A stretch of DNA of 64,000 nucleotides. Origin: Candidatus Latescibacterota bacterium (GTDB lineage Bacteria > Latescibacterota > UBA2968). This document shows, piece by piece, positions 62,034-64,000 of this stretch. Under the pieces are notes generated by a model, which saw nothing but the letters and a program-made list of their open reading frames with translations, was not told the DNA's origin and ran no database searches. The translations under genes were made by a program, and so were the position numbers. Within the stretch, counting starts at the first letter, position 1, and each line of letters starts with the position of its first letter. Location: contig OZ241986.1 in assembly GCA_965204375.1 (NCBI GenBank), positions 4,384,001-4,448,000 of the forward strand. Reading direction: 5' to 3'.

Positions 62034-63224
62034 ATGAATATCTGCTTGATTACCTACCAGTATCCACCATACCCAGGAGGAGTTGGAAGTGCAATGTATC
62101 GAATTGCCAAAAATTTGGCAAAACAGGGTGTCAATATCCACATTATCGCGCCAGGTCCTCATCAATTAAGGGATAAAATCTCACCTGTCATAGAAGACGG
62201 TGTGACAGTACATCGAACATTTTCAATATTATCAGATTACCATGCTGATCCGCATAGTTTACAAGTACTTGGCGAATATATTGTAAAACTCCATCAAAAA
62301 CAGAGTTTTGACTTGATCCATGCAGCTTTTCTTATGCCACCTGGGTTCTTAGGTGCAATCGTGGCTACAGAGATTGAGTGTCCCCTTATCGTCAGTATTA
62401 GGGGCAATGATTGGGAGGTTTTGCGATATAGCATCCAACACTTGGCGAATCTAAGGTGGGTATTAGAAAGAGCCGATTATGTAACATCAGTATCTCATGA
62501 ACTCATGGAAAAGATGCGCCGAATGGTAAGAATCAAAGCAGGAAAAGTCCTTTCCAATGTGTTTGATGCGTCAATATTTGATGCACGTTTACTTTCAGAA
62601 ATAACAGAAGAGCATAATAATAGACTGCAGGTACTTACGGAAACCTTTTTTCGGATGAAATCAGAAGGTAGATCAGTCATCGGAACTGCTGGATTTCTGC
62701 GGCCTAAAAAGGGGTTTCACATTCTTTTACGAGCATTTGGAGGGATTGTTAAAGCTTATCCCAATACTTGTTTGCTCGTTGTAGGACAGTTTGCACAAGA
62801 ATCCTACAAAAGAGATATGTTGCAGCAGATCAGTGACCTGGGTATCAAAAGGCAAGTTTTATTTACAGGTTATATTCCACACCGAGAAGTATTAGCGTGG
62901 ATGAGAGAGATGGATATTTTTGCATTCCCTTCGCTTCATGAAGGTTCACCAAATGCACTGTTGGAGGCGATGGGTTTTGGACTTCCTATCGTGGCTTCCC
63001 AAATCGGTGGTATTATCGATATAGTTGAAGATAATAGGGATTGCCTTATTGTTCCCGGCGGTGACGCCGGTAGGTTATCCCAAAAATTGCAACTATTACT
63101 TGAAGATACAGAACTCAGAAAAAGACTTGGTAAGGCCGCAAAACATAAAGTGGAAAACCAATTTTCTCCAACTCAAGAAACAGAACAGTGGCTTGACATC
63201 TATCACCGTATATTGAATAACTGA
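62034..63224 (+). CDS. Glycosyltransferase family 4
   Basis: YPP..GG, KKG and PS..EG.P..LLEAM..G.P motifs. Confidence 0.9.
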   Translation: MNICLITYQYPPYPGGVGSAMYRIAKNLAKQGVNIHIIAPGPHQLRDKISPVIEDGVTVHRTFSILSDYHADPHSLQVLGEYIVKLHQKQSFDLIHAAFLMPPGFLGAIVATEIECPLIVSIRGNDWEVLRYSIQHLANLRWVLERADYVTSVSHELMEKMRRMVRIKAGKVLSNVFDASIFDARLLSEITEEHNNRLQVLTETFFRMKSEGRSVIGTAGFLRPKKGFHILLRAFGGIVKAYPNTCLLVVGQFAQESYKRDMLQQISDLGIKRQVLFTGYIPHREVLAWMREMDIFAFPSLHEGSPNALLEAMGFGLPIVASQIGGIIDIVEDNRDCLIVPGGDAGRLSQKLQLLLEDTELRKRLGKAAKHKVENQFSPTQETEQWLDIYHRILNN

Positions 63225-63300
63225 TGTTACGCAGCTTTAAGCATTTGTAGTTCATCGAAAGCATATTGAAATAGCTCTGAGTGGACTTGACCCGTTTTAG

Positions 63301-63428
63301 ATGCTGTTGCCGAATTCCGAATTCTGTCCCGATGCAACTGAGCATAGGTCTTACAGAGCCTGAATTGCGACCCCAAACAGCCGTTTTTCCTACCGCAGGC
63401 TCCCTCTCGATCAATTCGGCAACAGCAT
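63301..63428. mobile_element. 128-bp MITE inserted in the IS3 left end
   Basis: Perfect 16-bp TIRs ATGCTGTTGCCGAATT (63301-63316 / 63413-63428); 8-bp TSD CGTTTTAG at 63293-63300 and 63429-63436. Confidence 0.88.
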
Positions 63429-63472
63429 CGTTTTAGTGGACAACTTATCTCTTTCAGAGAAAGGAGTCCAAA

Positions 63473-63784
63473 ATGGGCAAAAAAAGATCATATCCAGCAG
63501 CATTTCGCCAGCAAATGGTCGCGCTGGTCAGATCGGGTCGTAGTGCCAACGATTTGGCCAAAGAGTTTGAACCCACCGCCCAGACGATCAGTGCCTGGGT
63601 GCGTCAAGCAGATCGCGATGAAGGCCGTCGAGACGATGGGTTGACCAGTCGTGAGCGAGTAGAACTTCAAAGGCTTCGTAGAGAGAATAAACGCTTACGA
63701 CAAGAGCGCGAAATCCTTGCAGAAGCCGCGGCCTGGTTCGCAGCGGAGACCGATGCGATACCCAAAAAATCTTCAGATATATAA
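63473..63784 (+). CDS. IS3-family transposase OrfA
   Basis: Y..AF…V.L…GRS…LA.EF…W..Q…EL.RLRREN.RL..EREIL..A pattern; A6 run near the end (possible -1 frameshift site). Confidence 0.9.
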   Translation: MGKKRSYPAAFRQQMVALVRSGRSANDLAKEFEPTAQTISAWVRQADRDEGRRDDGLTSRERVELQRLRRENKRLRQEREILAEAAAWFAAETDAIPKKSSDI

Positions 63785-64000
63785 AGGCGCATCAGGCCAT
63801 CTATCCGATCACCATGCTATGCCAAGTGCTGGGCGTCTCCACCAGCGGGTATTATGCCTGGTGTCATCGACCTGTATCTAAACGGGCAAAGGACGATGAA
63901 AAGTTGACAGAACAAATAAGCACCTTTCACCAGCGTTCCAATGGGACCTATGGCGCACCTCGTATCTTATCTTTCAGGATCTGCGAGAAGTAGGTGTTCA

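Larger units (their letters stand above)
63282..64000 (+). mobile_element. IS3-family element (interrupted left IR, frameshifted orfB, runs off the window)
   Basis: Reconstructed IRL TGGACTTGACCCGTTTTAGTGGACAAC; orfA HTH; orfB start (…LC.VLGVS.SGYYAW…TYGAPRI). Confidence 0.85.

Overview
Bacterial genomic window, probably from an FCB-superphylum lineage such as Ca. Latescibacterota. This is inferred from PorV-like and GWxTD proteins, two DUF6785-type membrane proteins and tandem internalin-like LRR genes. Core genes are purA, serA, engB, clpX-clpP-tig, pdxJ/pdxH, a UbiD-family decarboxylase and a full F0F1 atp operon. Accessory DNA includes a 3.4-kb IS1595-family element with TIRs, an 8-bp TSD and passenger ORFs; an Rpn-family gene with an internal RBS/start; a TdeIII/MjaII-like type II R-M pair; and several modules bracketed by duplicated terminator-like repeats. 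The main finding is an AT-richer island (~47.6-63.2 kb) that looks like an undescribed sigma-54-controlled RiPP cluster. It has an NtrC-type activator, a palindromic enhancer + IHF site + -24/-12 promoter, a radical SAM/SPASM maturase, an 82-aa precursor with a 12-Cys acidic repetitive core (C-x-C-D-x-x-E), an ABC exporter, three glycosyltransferase domains, a ComQ-like isoprenoid-synthase-fold protein and an RRE-fused M50 peptidase. The window ends in a damaged IS3 whose left IR is interrupted by a 128-bp MITE. No rRNA, tRNA or CRISPR array was recognised. All family calls come from motif reading; no searches were run.
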